Shown here: positions 1-8,107 of the stretch, one piece after another | How the letters are laid out: each line of letters opens with the position of its first letter | Numbering within the stretch: the first letter of the stretch is position 1 | IMG/VR virus record: IMGVR_UViG_3300037010_004438 | Length of the DNA stretch: 36,779 bases | DNA from: an uncultured virus (IMG/VR IMGVR_UViG_3300037010_004438) | Taxonomy: Duplodnaviria > Heunggongvirae > Uroviricota > Caudoviricetes | Strand: one strand, 5' to 3' | Position numbers and translations under genes: made by a program | The notes under the pieces: generated by a model | What the model was told of the DNA's origin: nothing | What the model saw: the letters and a program-made list of their open reading frames with translations, nothing else | Database searches by the model: none

Positions 1-414
1 CTCGATCGCGACCCGTCTTTCGCAATGCGCGTCGATCTCCTCTCCGGCGTTCGTGAGGACGGCGAACGTCGCGCGCAGCAGCGCGAACAAATTCTTCAGC
101 TCGCGCCGGCTTTCATCGCCGCTTGCGAGATCAGCCGCCTCGCCTGGGACGACGTCCCAGACTTCCTCGACGAGGAGCTGTTCCCCGAAAAAAGGACCAT
201 CAAGAAGATCGGAAGGCGCACCGATACCGGGGCGCGCCCTGATCTCTTCTCCATGCCCTATGAAGAATCGCTGTTCGCGCCCGTCGAAGTCGCAGCAGCC
301 CCGCCACCGCCGAGATTTGCTATGCTCGATCTCCGAACGACGAAGGAAGAGCGCGACGACCTCGCGAAGAATCCTCCGAAGCGATCCGAACACGGCCGTA
401 AACCTCACATGTGA
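1..414 (+). CDS. Hypothetical protein, 3' part (frame open from position 1)
   Basis: Frame 1 has no stop from 1 to TGA at 412-414; codon usage matches neighbouring genes. Confidence 0.6.
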   Translation, partial: LDRDPSFAMRVDLLSGVREDGERRAQQREQILQLAPAFIAACEISRLAWDDVPDFLDEELFPEKRTIKKIGRRTDTGARPDLFSMPYEESLFAPVEVAAAPPPPRFAMLDLRTTKEERDDLAKNPPKRSEHGRKPHM

Positions 415-421
415 AGATTTC

Positions 422-568
422 ATGGACCGCGCAGCGCTCGACTTTCTCCATCCCGGATCCATCGTCCTACCCAAGTACCAGAGGTACTGGGGCCATGGCG
501 ATGTGGGAGCGCGCGTCCCCGTCGCCGAGGCGAACTCGCTCATCCGCCGCCTGCACGAAATGCGCTGA
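422..568 (+). CDS. Small hypothetical protein (48 aa, MDRAALDFLHPG...)
   Basis: ATG at 422, 7 nt after the previous stop; fills the gap before 583; 3' end of ORF 53..568. Confidence 0.5.
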   Translation: MDRAALDFLHPGSIVLPKYQRYWGHGDVGARVPVAEANSLIRRLHEMR

Positions 569-582
569 ACCGAAAGGACACC

Positions 583-804
583 ATGCCCGCCCACGACGCC
601 CTCGCTCGCCTGCGCCTCCAGCCCGCCTCCGCCTTCTCTGCCACCGTCGCGACTGGCGCGGAGCCGGGCGCGGAGGTTACCTGGGCGAGCAACCCTCTCA
701 AGTTCATCACCACGCTCGGCGTCGGCATTGCCGTCGGTTACAGCATCGAGCACTTCGCCCACAAATGCGACGGCCCGAAGGAGTCCTCCTTCTCGCACGG
801 ATGA
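583..804 (+). CDS. Small membrane protein with HDxLxxLR...TVATG leader
   Basis: RBS AAGGA upstream; hydrophobic segment FITTLGVGIAVGY; N-terminus resembles that of CDS 5171. Confidence 0.75.
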   Translation: MPAHDALARLRLQPASAFSATVATGAEPGAEVTWASNPLKFITTLGVGIAVGYSIEHFAHKCDGPKESSFSHG

Positions 805-935
805 GCGCGCCTCAACGTTTCGGGCGCAGGAGCCCTTCACGCCGCAGAACCGTCCTCACCCGCGCGAACGCCGGATCGCCTCCCCACAGGTCCCGCGCGA
901 TCCTTCCCGCCGACGGAAACTTCGCGCTGCGATGA
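801..935 (+). CDS. Possible small Arg-rich protein (44 aa)
   Basis: ATGA overlap with the stop of 583..804; MSAPQRFGRRSPSRRR...; could be spurious. Confidence 0.3.
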   Translation: MSAPQRFGRRSPSRRRTVLTRANAGSPPHRSRAILPADGNFALR

Positions 936-1020
936 AACCCGGCGCTTTCCGATCAACTGCGCGCCTTCGAAAGTAGCTGTACATACGTATCCGCGCGTCA
1001 CATCCACGGAGCATCATCTC

Positions 1021-1776
1021 ATGCCCTTCCACGACAAGTACCTCCCTCTCGGCAAGAGGGTCGCGCGTCACGACCCTCGCACCCTGCAGCTCGTGAAGTA
1101 CCTCACGTCGCTGCCCAAACCGCCGGACACGCTCGCGTGGTCGATGAAGACCGACAAGAAGTGGCCGATGTTCAAGAACGACGTCGTCGGCGACTGTACG
1201 TGCGCGGCCGCCGCGCACATGATCGAGGTCTGGACCGCGGCCGGGCAACTGAAGGAGGTCGAGGTTCGCGACGAGGACGTCCTCGCCCTCTACACCCTCG
1301 TCACCGGATACAATCCGAAGCGCCCCGAGACCGATCAGGGGGCCGTCGTCCTCGACGTGCTCAACAAGTGGCGCAAGGTCGGCCTCGCGGGGCACAAGAT
1401 CGGGGCGTTCACCACGATCTCTCCGATGAGCAAGACGATCACCAAGGACGCGATCTACCTCTTCGGGGGCGTCTACACGGGCTTCGAACTCCCCGAGTCG
1501 GCGCAGGATCAAGCCGTGTGGGACGTCCCCGCGGGAGGCCTGCGAGGCCCGGGCGAACCGGGGAGCTGGGGCGGCCACGCCATCCCGATCGTCGACTATG
1601 ACGACCGCACGCTCACCTGCATCACCTGGGGCGCCGCGAAGAAGATGACGTGGGCCTTCTACCGCGCCTACTGCGACGAGGCGTACGCCATCATCTCGCA
1701 GGACTTCCTCTCCGGGAACAAGGCGCCGAACGGCTTCGACCTCGCGACGCTCCAGACGGATCTCGCGCTCGTGTGA
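1021..1776 (+). CDS. Papain-like (C1-type fold) cysteine peptidase
   Basis: GDCTCAAAAH (catalytic Cys context), WGGHAIPIVDYD (His), CITWG (equivalent of papain NSWG); RBS GGAG. Confidence 0.8.
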   Translation: MPFHDKYLPLGKRVARHDPRTLQLVKYLTSLPKPPDTLAWSMKTDKKWPMFKNDVVGDCTCAAAAHMIEVWTAAGQLKEVEVRDEDVLALYTLVTGYNPKRPETDQGAVVLDVLNKWRKVGLAGHKIGAFTTISPMSKTITKDAIYLFGGVYTGFELPESAQDQAVWDVPAGGLRGPGEPGSWGGHAIPIVDYDDRTLTCITWGAAKKMTWAFYRAYCDEAYAIISQDFLSGNKAPNGFDLATLQTDLALV

Positions 1777-1800
1777 ACCTCGCCCCGAGAAGAACATGAG

Positions 1801-1834
1801 CAAAGGGTCTCTGCCGAAAGGCAGAGGCCCTTTG
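1801..1834 (+). terminator. GAAA-tetraloop hairpin, probable intrinsic terminator
   Basis: CAAAGGGTCTCTGCC-GAAA-GGCAGAGGCCCTTTG, 25 nt after the peptidase stop. Confidence 0.7.
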
Positions 1835-1972
1835 TCCATTCGCGCAGCCATTCACCCTTCGACAGCCTCATCTCTCCTTGTTTCTCGTGCAGAAAGTCTC
1901 CATCATAGAGATGACTTCCTGGAAGTTCGCGGCCCCAAGAGCGGGGAAGGGCCGAGATGAGGAGACGCTCCC

Positions 1973-2443
1973 ATGAGCGCCTGGACGAACGCGAACGAGG
2001 GCGCGATGCCGGTCGTCGAGAGTGCAGCGGCAGAGTTGGTGAAGACGGGAGTGCTCGGCGCAGCGCTCATCCTCATCGGCGCGTACGCGTTCTGGGTCAC
2101 GCGCGAGTGGAACAAGACGCAGGGCGCCCGCGTGGAGGATCAGCAGAAGGTCACGACGACGCTCGTCGACTTCTCGAACAACATGAAGGACGTCATGCGC
2201 GACCTCAAGAACGCCATCGATGCCCTGAAGACGGCCACGGATGAGGAGCGCAAGGCCATCGCCATCCTGGACACAGCCGTCAAAGAGGTCGACCGTACCG
2301 TCGAGTCGCACACCAAGAGCATCGAAGCCGTCCGTACCACCGTCGACGGCATCAAGACCGTCGCGGAAGATGGAAGACGCGCGCACGAGACCATCCAACG
2401 CACCGTCGACGACGTTCAGCGCAGGCTGCCCGGTCCTCGGTAA
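1973..2443 (+). CDS. Holin-like membrane protein (single TM + coiled coil)
   Basis: RBS GAGGAG; LVKTGVLGAALILIGAYAFWV followed by a heptad-rich tail, an architecture seen in BhlA-type phage holins. Confidence 0.6.
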   Translation: MSAWTNANEGAMPVVESAAAELVKTGVLGAALILIGAYAFWVTREWNKTQGARVEDQQKVTTTLVDFSNNMKDVMRDLKNAIDALKTATDEERKAIAILDTAVKEVDRTVESHTKSIEAVRTTVDGIKTVAEDGRRAHETIQRTVDDVQRRLPGPR

Positions 2444-2454
2444 AGAGCCTTCTC

Positions 2455-2709
2455 ATGCAGTGGCTTCGCATCATTTCCCTGCGCAAGCAGCAAGAGTCGA
2501 AAGACAAGTTCGACGACGCCATCGAGGAGATGGGCTCCGCGAAAGCTGTCTTCGAAGAGCTTTGCTCGACCCTGAAGGACATTCGGACGGAGATCGCCAA
2601 GGCCGAAGAGGAACGATTGAAAAACAGCGTGCCGCCTCCGGAAGGTCGTCTACGCGGCCATTCAGGACAGTCCCATCTTCAAGGGACGCCTCGCCGCGCG
2701 CATTCGTGA
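2455..2709 (+). CDS. Hypothetical helical protein
   Basis: Starts 11 nt after the holin-like gene; charged, helical sequence. Confidence 0.6.
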   Translation: MQWLRIISLRKQQESKDKFDDAIEEMGSAKAVFEELCSTLKDIRTEIAKAEEERLKNSVPPPEGRLRGHSGQSHLQGTPRRAHS

Positions 2710-2952
2710 AACGCGCGACGCCTCCTTCGAGGCGAAGGAAGCCTGCGCGAAAAAACATGACAAAGAGGCTCTCGCGCATGCGCGCGTGGCGGAGCGGAGA
2801 GGCAGTCTCGGGCAACCTCCTCTTCGGCACGCTCTACTTCCTGATGTACGGCGATGGTGTTTGAACACGGCGAGAGCCGCTCGCCCGCTCCGCAGTCCGC
2901 AAACCGCCTGACCTACTAGAAGCCAGGCACTTTCCAGGCTACTCTCCCATCC

Positions 2953-3105
2953 ATGCAAGAGAGCGCCAAGATCCTCCTCGGCTCCGTCGCCGTCATCGGC
3001 ATCGGATACCTACTGCCGCGCAAGGACGAGAAGGGACGGCCCATCAGCGCTCGACCGGCCGTTCTCGCCGGGTACGGGCACGGGCACGGGAGGTCGGCAT
3101 GGTAA
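2953..3105 (+). CDS. Small N-anchored membrane protein (50 aa; not in the supplied ORF track)
   Basis: Manual translation MQESAKILLGSVAVIGIGYLLPRK...AVLAGYGHGHGRSAW*; anchor resembles CDS 4063 and 4678; overlaps the start of 3099. Confidence 0.7.
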   Translation: MQESAKILLGSVAVIGIGYLLPRKDEKGRPISARPAVLAGYGHGHGRSAW

Positions 3106-3686
3106 GCGGACCTGTCACAGCTGCGGCGGGACTCTTCGAAACGGACAGCGACGTCCGCCTCTACGCGGGCCGTGTCGACGCCCAAATCACGGGCCTCGAC
3201 AACGACCTGCGCGCCTCCTTTCGGGCGAAGTACGGTCCGAGCGGGCTTGGCGGCACCGCCGTCGACAATGCGGCGCTCGCCGAGCAAAAAAGCGACAAAG
3301 CCTTCTACGACTCGTGGTCGCCGTTCCTTCTTGCCTGGCAACAAACGAAGAGGGACATCGACGAGAGCTTCTTCATCGTGCTGTCGGCGAACAAGTACCG
3401 AGAAGTGGAGAAGTACGACGTCGACTCGCAGGCGTGGAGGGCGAGGATTGCCAAGCGCGGCGTCCACTTGAACACGCCTCCCCTCACGCAAGGCGGGGCC
3501 ATCCCGGGCATCACGGCTCCGCAGAACCCGGACGTCCCGCAGCAAGAAAGCCTCGCCGGCGCCATCGTCGGCGACCTTGTCCGCGCCAGCTTGATCGCCG
3601 GTGCGGGCTACCTCGCGTTCCAGTTCATCTCGAAGAAAATCAAAGAAAGAGGGAGCGCCGCGCCCGCGTTGAAAAACTCCCTCTAA
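3099..3686 (+). CDS. C-anchored membrane protein, paralogue of 5171
   Basis: RBS GGGAGG; WRARIAKRGV and IAGAGYLAFQFISKK match 5171 WKAKLVDVGV and IAGIGYLSFLYVSKK. Confidence 0.85.
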   Translation: MVSGPVTAAAGLFETDSDVRLYAGRVDAQITGLDNDLRASFRAKYGPSGLGGTAVDNAALAEQKSDKAFYDSWSPFLLAWQQTKRDIDESFFIVLSANKYREVEKYDVDSQAWRARIAKRGVHLNTPPLTQGGAIPGITAPQNPDVPQQESLAGAIVGDLVRASLIAGAGYLAFQFISKKIKERGSAAPALKNSL

Positions 3687-3841
3687 ACGTGCACGTACGC
3701 GCGCGACCGCCAAAGGCAGACGCGCGGCCAGGCAACGACATCGCGAAAATCGATCTCACGACGTCAAAACTGACGGCTCCGTCCTCCGCGAGAACCTTGC
3801 CCTCCGCACAGGTCGCGCGCCCCTCCCTCACGGCCGCGGCC

Positions 3842-3886
3842 GCTCCTTTGACGGTTGCTCCTTTGACGGACGCTCCTTTGACGGTC
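3842..3886. repeat. 3 x 15-nt tandem repeat (core GCTCCTTTGACGG)
   Basis: Copies start at 3842, 3857 and 3872. Confidence 0.9.
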
Positions 3887-3910
3887 GCCTCCACTCGCTG
3901 ACCTCCTCTT

Positions 3911-4003
3911 CCTTGCTGTCGGTCGCCGCTCCTTGCTGTCGGTCGCCGCTCCTTGCTGTCGGTCGCCGCTCCTTGCTGTCGGTCGCCGCTCCTTTGCTGA
4001 CGG
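3911..4003. repeat. 4 exact 20-nt tandem repeats CCTTGCTGTCGGTCGCCGCT plus a degenerate fifth
   Basis: Copies at 3911, 3931, 3951, 3971; intergenic; unit length not a multiple of 3. Confidence 0.95.
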
Positions 4004-4062
4004 CCGTCGATCCGCGCCGACTTGCTGGAAGTCAGAAGCCGATCGAGGTACGCTCTTCTCCC

Positions 4063-4638
4063 ATGGACAAGAACGCGAAGATCGCTCTCGGTGTCGTGGC
4101 CGCCGGCGCCGTCGGCTACCTCCTCCTCAAGAAGGGCGACAAGGCGCCCGTCGTCGCACAGCCAGCTTCGCCCGGCGCGCCTTCGTCGCCTTCATCGCCC
4201 TCGGCGCCTTCGGCCGTCTACATGCCGACGGACACCGGCTACCAGGACTCGAACCCGAACGCCGTCATCGATCCGATCTCCCGGTCGTTCGCCGACGAGG
4301 CCGCGAAACGCCTCGACACCTATCTCGCGAACTACGCAGTCGCCTCCACGCAAAACGTCGCGCTCGACACCTTCGCCGTCGGCGCGATGAAGCTGCCTCC
4401 CGGGAAGGCCGTCAGCGATCCGAACAGCCTCGTCCCCGCCGCCGTCCGCCTGCTCGTGCAGAACGGCTACGACGTGCTCGTCGCCTACGACGTCGGACAG
4501 GCTGTCATGGCGGAGGATCCTTCGAAGGTGACGCAGAACATCGCCATGTTCGCGACCAAGAACCCCGCGATGGTGCAGACCCTCTTGCACCGAGGCGCCT
4601 ACGTCTACCGCACGGGCGCAAAGACGCTCACGACCTGA
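4063..4638 (+). CDS. N-anchored membrane protein with Pro/Ser linker (191 aa)
   Basis: MDKNAKIALGVVAAGAVGYLLLKK; likely start is ATG 4063 within ORF 3913..4638, whose upstream part is the repeat array. Confidence 0.85.
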   Translation: MDKNAKIALGVVAAGAVGYLLLKKGDKAPVVAQPASPGAPSSPSSPSAPSAVYMPTDTGYQDSNPNAVIDPISRSFADEAAKRLDTYLANYAVASTQNVALDTFAVGAMKLPPGKAVSDPNSLVPAAVRLLVQNGYDVLVAYDVGQAVMAEDPSKVTQNIAMFATKNPAMVQTLLHRGAYVYRTGAKTLTT

Positions 4639-4677
4639 TTTCGGGCTCCCTCAAGGCTGCTCGACGCGGAGACAATC

Positions 4678-5145
4678 ATGAAGTTCGCCACCAAGATCCT
4701 CATCGGCGTCGGCGGCCTCGCGGCCGTCTACCTCATCGCCTCGACCGCGGACTCCGCGCCCGCGATCCCGTACAACGACCCATCGAAGAAGCCGTCGAAG
4801 TTCGAGAAGCCGTGGACGGAGAGGCTCCGCATCATGCTCGCCAAGCGCATGACGAACCTCTCCGATGCGGACATCCGCGAATTTGCGGACGGACACGCCC
4901 CGTCCGCTTCCATGGGCGTCATGGCCTATCGGTTCGGCACCGAGGCTGCCCGGAAGAACTCCACCGCCGGCTCGCGCCTCATGGCCGAAGTGATCGGGCT
5001 GCTCGACGAGAGCAAGCTCTACATGCACGTTCCCGCCAAGTACAAGGACCCTTCGGTCGGGTTCGACGACGCCATCAAGGTGTACATCACCGGCGAACAA
5101 GGGAGCGCGCCCGACTCCGCCGGCGACTACATCATCCTCGCCTGA
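4678..5145 (+). CDS. N-anchored membrane protein
   Basis: RBS GGAG; MKFATKILIGVGGLAAVYLIA. Confidence 0.85.
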   Translation: MKFATKILIGVGGLAAVYLIASTADSAPAIPYNDPSKKPSKFEKPWTERLRIMLAKRMTNLSDADIREFADGHAPSASMGVMAYRFGTEAARKNSTAGSRLMAEVIGLLDESKLYMHVPAKYKDPSVGFDDAIKVYITGEQGSAPDSAGDYIILA

Positions 5146-5170
5146 CCCTCCCGAACCCGCGAGGCCTCCC

Positions 5171-5860
5171 ATGCACGACACGTTGTCCGCTCTTCGTCGA
5201 ACCGCCACGTTCGCGACGGCCTCTGCGCCTTCCACGGCCGCGACCGGCGCGACGGTCGTGACCGTAGAGGAGGAATCGAACTACATCAAGTCGCTGGTCG
5301 AGTCCGCCGAAGAGGCCGAGGCCGCCATCAAGCCCCCGACCAACGCCGCGCAATCGCAGACGATCGGCGAATACCGCAACTGGGTCGCCGGGGTCCAGGC
5401 GCATGAGATGGAGTGGCAGGCGAGTATCAAGAGCGAGCTGATTCGCCTCGCCTCGCCGCTTCCCTACACGCTCTGGATCAACAGCTGGGCCTCGGACACC
5501 TCGCGCCTCTTCAGCGAGCTGGAGGGCTGGAAGGCCAAGCTCGTCGACGTCGGCGTCGTGCCTGCCTCGAAGATGCCGAAGACGAAGAAGGACGAACCAA
5601 AGAGCTGGTGGAACTCCGCGTTCGAAGGCGACTTCGGACTCAGCGAGACGGTCATCCATCCCGTTCTCAAGATCGCGGCGATCGCGGGCATCGGCTACCT
5701 CAGCTTCCTGTACGTCTCGAAGAAGGTCGAAGAGGGCTCCTTCAAAAACGCGCTGGGCAAGCTCGAAGCCTCCTCCGCCGCTCCTGCCGCTCCTCGCGTG
5801 GAGGTCAAGCAGCTCCCGGCAAAGCCCGTCTCCGTCGAAGCCGAACTCGTCGAACGCTGA
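5171..5860 (+). CDS. Membrane protein with HDxLxxLR...PSTAATG leader, paralogue of 3099
   Basis: RBS GAGG; TM segment LKIAAIAGIGYLSFLYVSKK near the C-terminus. Confidence 0.85.
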   Translation: MHDTLSALRRTATFATASAPSTAATGATVVTVEEESNYIKSLVESAEEAEAAIKPPTNAAQSQTIGEYRNWVAGVQAHEMEWQASIKSELIRLASPLPYTLWINSWASDTSRLFSELEGWKAKLVDVGVVPASKMPKTKKDEPKSWWNSAFEGDFGLSETVIHPVLKIAAIAGIGYLSFLYVSKKVEEGSFKNALGKLEASSAAPAAPRVEVKQLPAKPVSVEAELVER

Positions 5861-5872
5861 CAAGCCGTCGAG

Positions 5873-5944
5873 GCGCGACATCGTTCCAATGCGCGACATC
5901 ATTCCAAAGCGCGACATCGTTCCAAAGCGCGACGTCGTTCCAAC
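5873..5944. repeat. 4 x 18-nt tandem repeat (GCGCGACATCGTTCCAAA consensus)
   Basis: Copies at 5873, 5891, 5909, 5927 with 0-2 mismatches. Confidence 0.9.
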
Positions 5945-6080
5945 GGCCGCGGAGAACGTCATCCGCGCCGACGTCGAACAGAAGATCGGGCGCATAATCG
6001 TCCTCTCCAAAGGGCGGCATGAGGTGCTCGACAAGCTCATGCAGGCCTCCGCTAGTCTCACGAGACTCTCCCTTCAGTAA
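5889..6080 (+). CDS. Possible small protein with RD[IV][IV]P repeats
   Basis: Repeat variants give conservative I/V changes in this frame; no clear RBS. Confidence 0.35.
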   Translation: MRDIIPKRDIVPKRDVVPTAAENVIRADVEQKIGRIIVLSKGRHEVLDKLMQASASLTRLSLQ

Positions 6081-6270
6081 GAAACTGAAAAGCCTTTCGC
6101 GACTCTCAATAAAGAAACAAGGCGCTCTGAGGAAGAGTTCCTGTTTCCTTGCCAAGAAAGTACCGTTCGCGGAAGCTCTCTTTCAGATCAACCGTAGCCG
6201 CTTCTCATTTTCGAGACAGAACGGTTGCGGGGCTCGAAGACTCGACGCCTTCGAGGCGAGGGGAGAGAGA

Positions 6271-6645
6271 ATGGTTCAGAAAATGACCAGCGCAGAACGT
6301 CTCTGCGCGACGCTTCTGTTCTACTTCGCGTCCGGAATGGACGCGAAAAAGGTCGTCGATTCTGGAGGGCGCAGCGTCGGCGTTCGCAGACCGACCGACG
6401 AAGACCTCGAAAACGTCCTCCACACGACTCCTGTCGCCGTCTGGAACAGCGCGTTCGAAGTCGCGAAGGTTCTCGTCGAGGACATCGTCGCGAACGAGCC
6501 TCGCGACGCCATCACCGTCTTCAAGGAGGCGGCCGGCGCCATGAAGCGGGGCAAGGACTTCCTCGACTCCTTCGTCGCCCCAAACGGCCTGAAGCCTCTC
6601 TCCGATCTCGTCGACTCGGGCAAGAAGAAGGGGCAGCGGAAATGA
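6271..6645 (+). CDS. Hypothetical protein
   Basis: Purine-rich RBS (GGGGAGAG) before ATG 6271; ATGA-coupled to 6642. Confidence 0.75.
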   Translation: MVQKMTSAERLCATLLFYFASGMDAKKVVDSGGRSVGVRRPTDEDLENVLHTTPVAVWNSAFEVAKVLVEDIVANEPRDAITVFKEAAGAMKRGKDFLDSFVAPNGLKPLSDLVDSGKKKGQRK

Positions 6646-7574
6646 TCAACCGCCCGGACCTGATCAAGTGGCTGCGCCTGCAGATCGAGGTTGGCAAGAA
6701 CAACCTCGTCGCGAACGTCGTCCAGCTCGTGCAGAAGGGGCAGGGCACCTCGGCCGAGGAGGTCGAAGAGTGGCAGCGTCCATTCCCTGAGATCAAGGAT
6801 CTCGCGACGAAGATCGAGGAAGCGGTCAACCGCCACTCCGTCGGCAGCGAAGATCCGATCACGATCTACCAGGTCCGCCCTTACTTCGGCGACAACACGA
6901 AACCCTCCGGCGCGTATCCGATCCGCGTCGAGAACGTGAATCTCTCGGACCCGGAGACCTCGACCTTCCTCCCCGAAGAGGGCGTGCACGCGAAGGGGCT
7001 CCTCGCCCAGACGCGCCGCCACCTCGAAGGCATGTGGAAACTCACTGCGGGATCCATCAACGAGTCGATGCGATCGCTCCGCGAGCAGAACCTCGCCCTG
7101 CTCGAAGACAACCGCAAGCTGCAGGAGATGCAGCTCGAAAACTTCCGCCTGCAGCAGGAGCTGCTCGATCGGAAACAGGAGCGCCAGATCAAGGCGATGA
7201 AGGAAGCGGCCGCGCAGCGCCTCAAGGAGCGCATGCTCGAAAACCTCCTTCCGATGCTCCCGCTCGTCATCAACAAGATCCAGGGCCAACGCGTCCTTCC
7301 CGAGATCGTCCACCCCGACGTCGAGCAGTTCAAGCTCTTCCTCGCGACAATCAAGGAAGAAGAGTTCCCGCATCTGATGGCCATGTTCGGGCCTCGCTTT
7401 CTCCCGCTTCTCGATCTCATCAAGAAGTACAAGGAGGAGTTCGAGGCCTCCGAAGCGAAGAAGGCGGAGCAAATCGAAGGCATGATGCCGCAGATCCCGA
7501 AGCTCCACGACATGGCCCGAGGAGGCGAGAGCGATGACGAAGACCTCGGCGGAGGTCTCGTTCCCCTCGGATAG
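6642..7574 (+). CDS. Coiled-coil hypothetical protein (310 aa)
   Basis: ATGA overlap; central Q/E/L/R heptad region followed by amphipathic LENLLPMLPLVINK. Confidence 0.85.
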   Translation: MINRPDLIKWLRLQIEVGKNNLVANVVQLVQKGQGTSAEEVEEWQRPFPEIKDLATKIEEAVNRHSVGSEDPITIYQVRPYFGDNTKPSGAYPIRVENVNLSDPETSTFLPEEGVHAKGLLAQTRRHLEGMWKLTAGSINESMRSLREQNLALLEDNRKLQEMQLENFRLQQELLDRKQERQIKAMKEAAAQRLKERMLENLLPMLPLVINKIQGQRVLPEIVHPDVEQFKLFLATIKEEEFPHLMAMFGPRFLPLLDLIKKYKEEFEASEAKKAEQIEGMMPQIPKLHDMARGGESDDEDLGGGLVPLG

Positions 7575-7578
7575 GACC

Positions 7579-7692
7579 ATGAGAAAAAGAGAAGACTCGA
7601 CCAATTCGATCCGTCTGGGGGATCTCGCGGCGCTCGCTCAGTTCATCGACTACGTGAAGCGGGAGCGAGAGTTCCGCGAAAAAGCAAAGTAG
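7579..7692 (+). CDS. Small hypothetical protein (37 aa)
   Basis: AGGA RBS; MRKREDSTNSIRLGDLAALAQFIDYVKRE...; fills the gap between two genes. Confidence 0.45.
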   Translation: MRKREDSTNSIRLGDLAALAQFIDYVKREREFREKAK

Positions 7693-7695
7693 CCC

Positions 7696-7980
7696 ATGAA
7701 CACCTGCACGCTCCCCGTCAAAACCTGCGCCTTCTGCAGTCGGCGCGGGGAGCGTCGCCTCGTCTTCATCGAGGAGAGGCTGACTTCCCGTAAGCCCGTC
7801 TACGAGCCGCGCTGCCTTCCCGTCTGCCGCGCGCACGCCGACCCCTTCTCGCAAGACGACTTCGGGAGAATCCCGCAGATGATCCTTGCGACGCTGGAGG
7901 ACGGCAGTCGCGCCGTCATCGTCGCCCTCGCGAGAGACTTTGTCGGAGGGTACGGAGCGCGAAGGCGTTCCTTCACATAG
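7696..7980 (+). CDS. Small putative Zn-binding protein
   Basis: CAFC ... VCRAH motifs. Confidence 0.6.
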   Translation: MNTCTLPVKTCAFCSRRGERRLVFIEERLTSRKPVYEPRCLPVCRAHADPFSQDDFGRIPQMILATLEDGSRAVIVALARDFVGGYGARRRSFT

Positions 7981-8064
7981 AGTCTGTCGCAAAAGAGAGT
8001 CATGGCTCGCCAGGCGCGTCCGGCTTCCGACGTCGAGCAAGGCGTGGGGAAGGCGCATCTCCTG

Positions 8065-8073
8065 TGATAGATT
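8065..8073 (+). promoter_or_regulatory. Extended -10 element (TGATAGATT)
   Basis: Matches TGnTAnnnT, 34 nt upstream of ATG 8108. Confidence 0.4.
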
Positions 8074-8107
8074 CCGAGTCAGCTCACACCTTCCACGGAG
8101 TCATCCC

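Noticed and set aside
2757..2864. 35-aa ORF MTKRLSRMRAW...
   Set aside because: Short, no clear RBS and no supporting similarity.
3842..4003. CRISPR array
   Set aside because: Repeats are head-to-tail without unique spacers, and no cas genes are visible.
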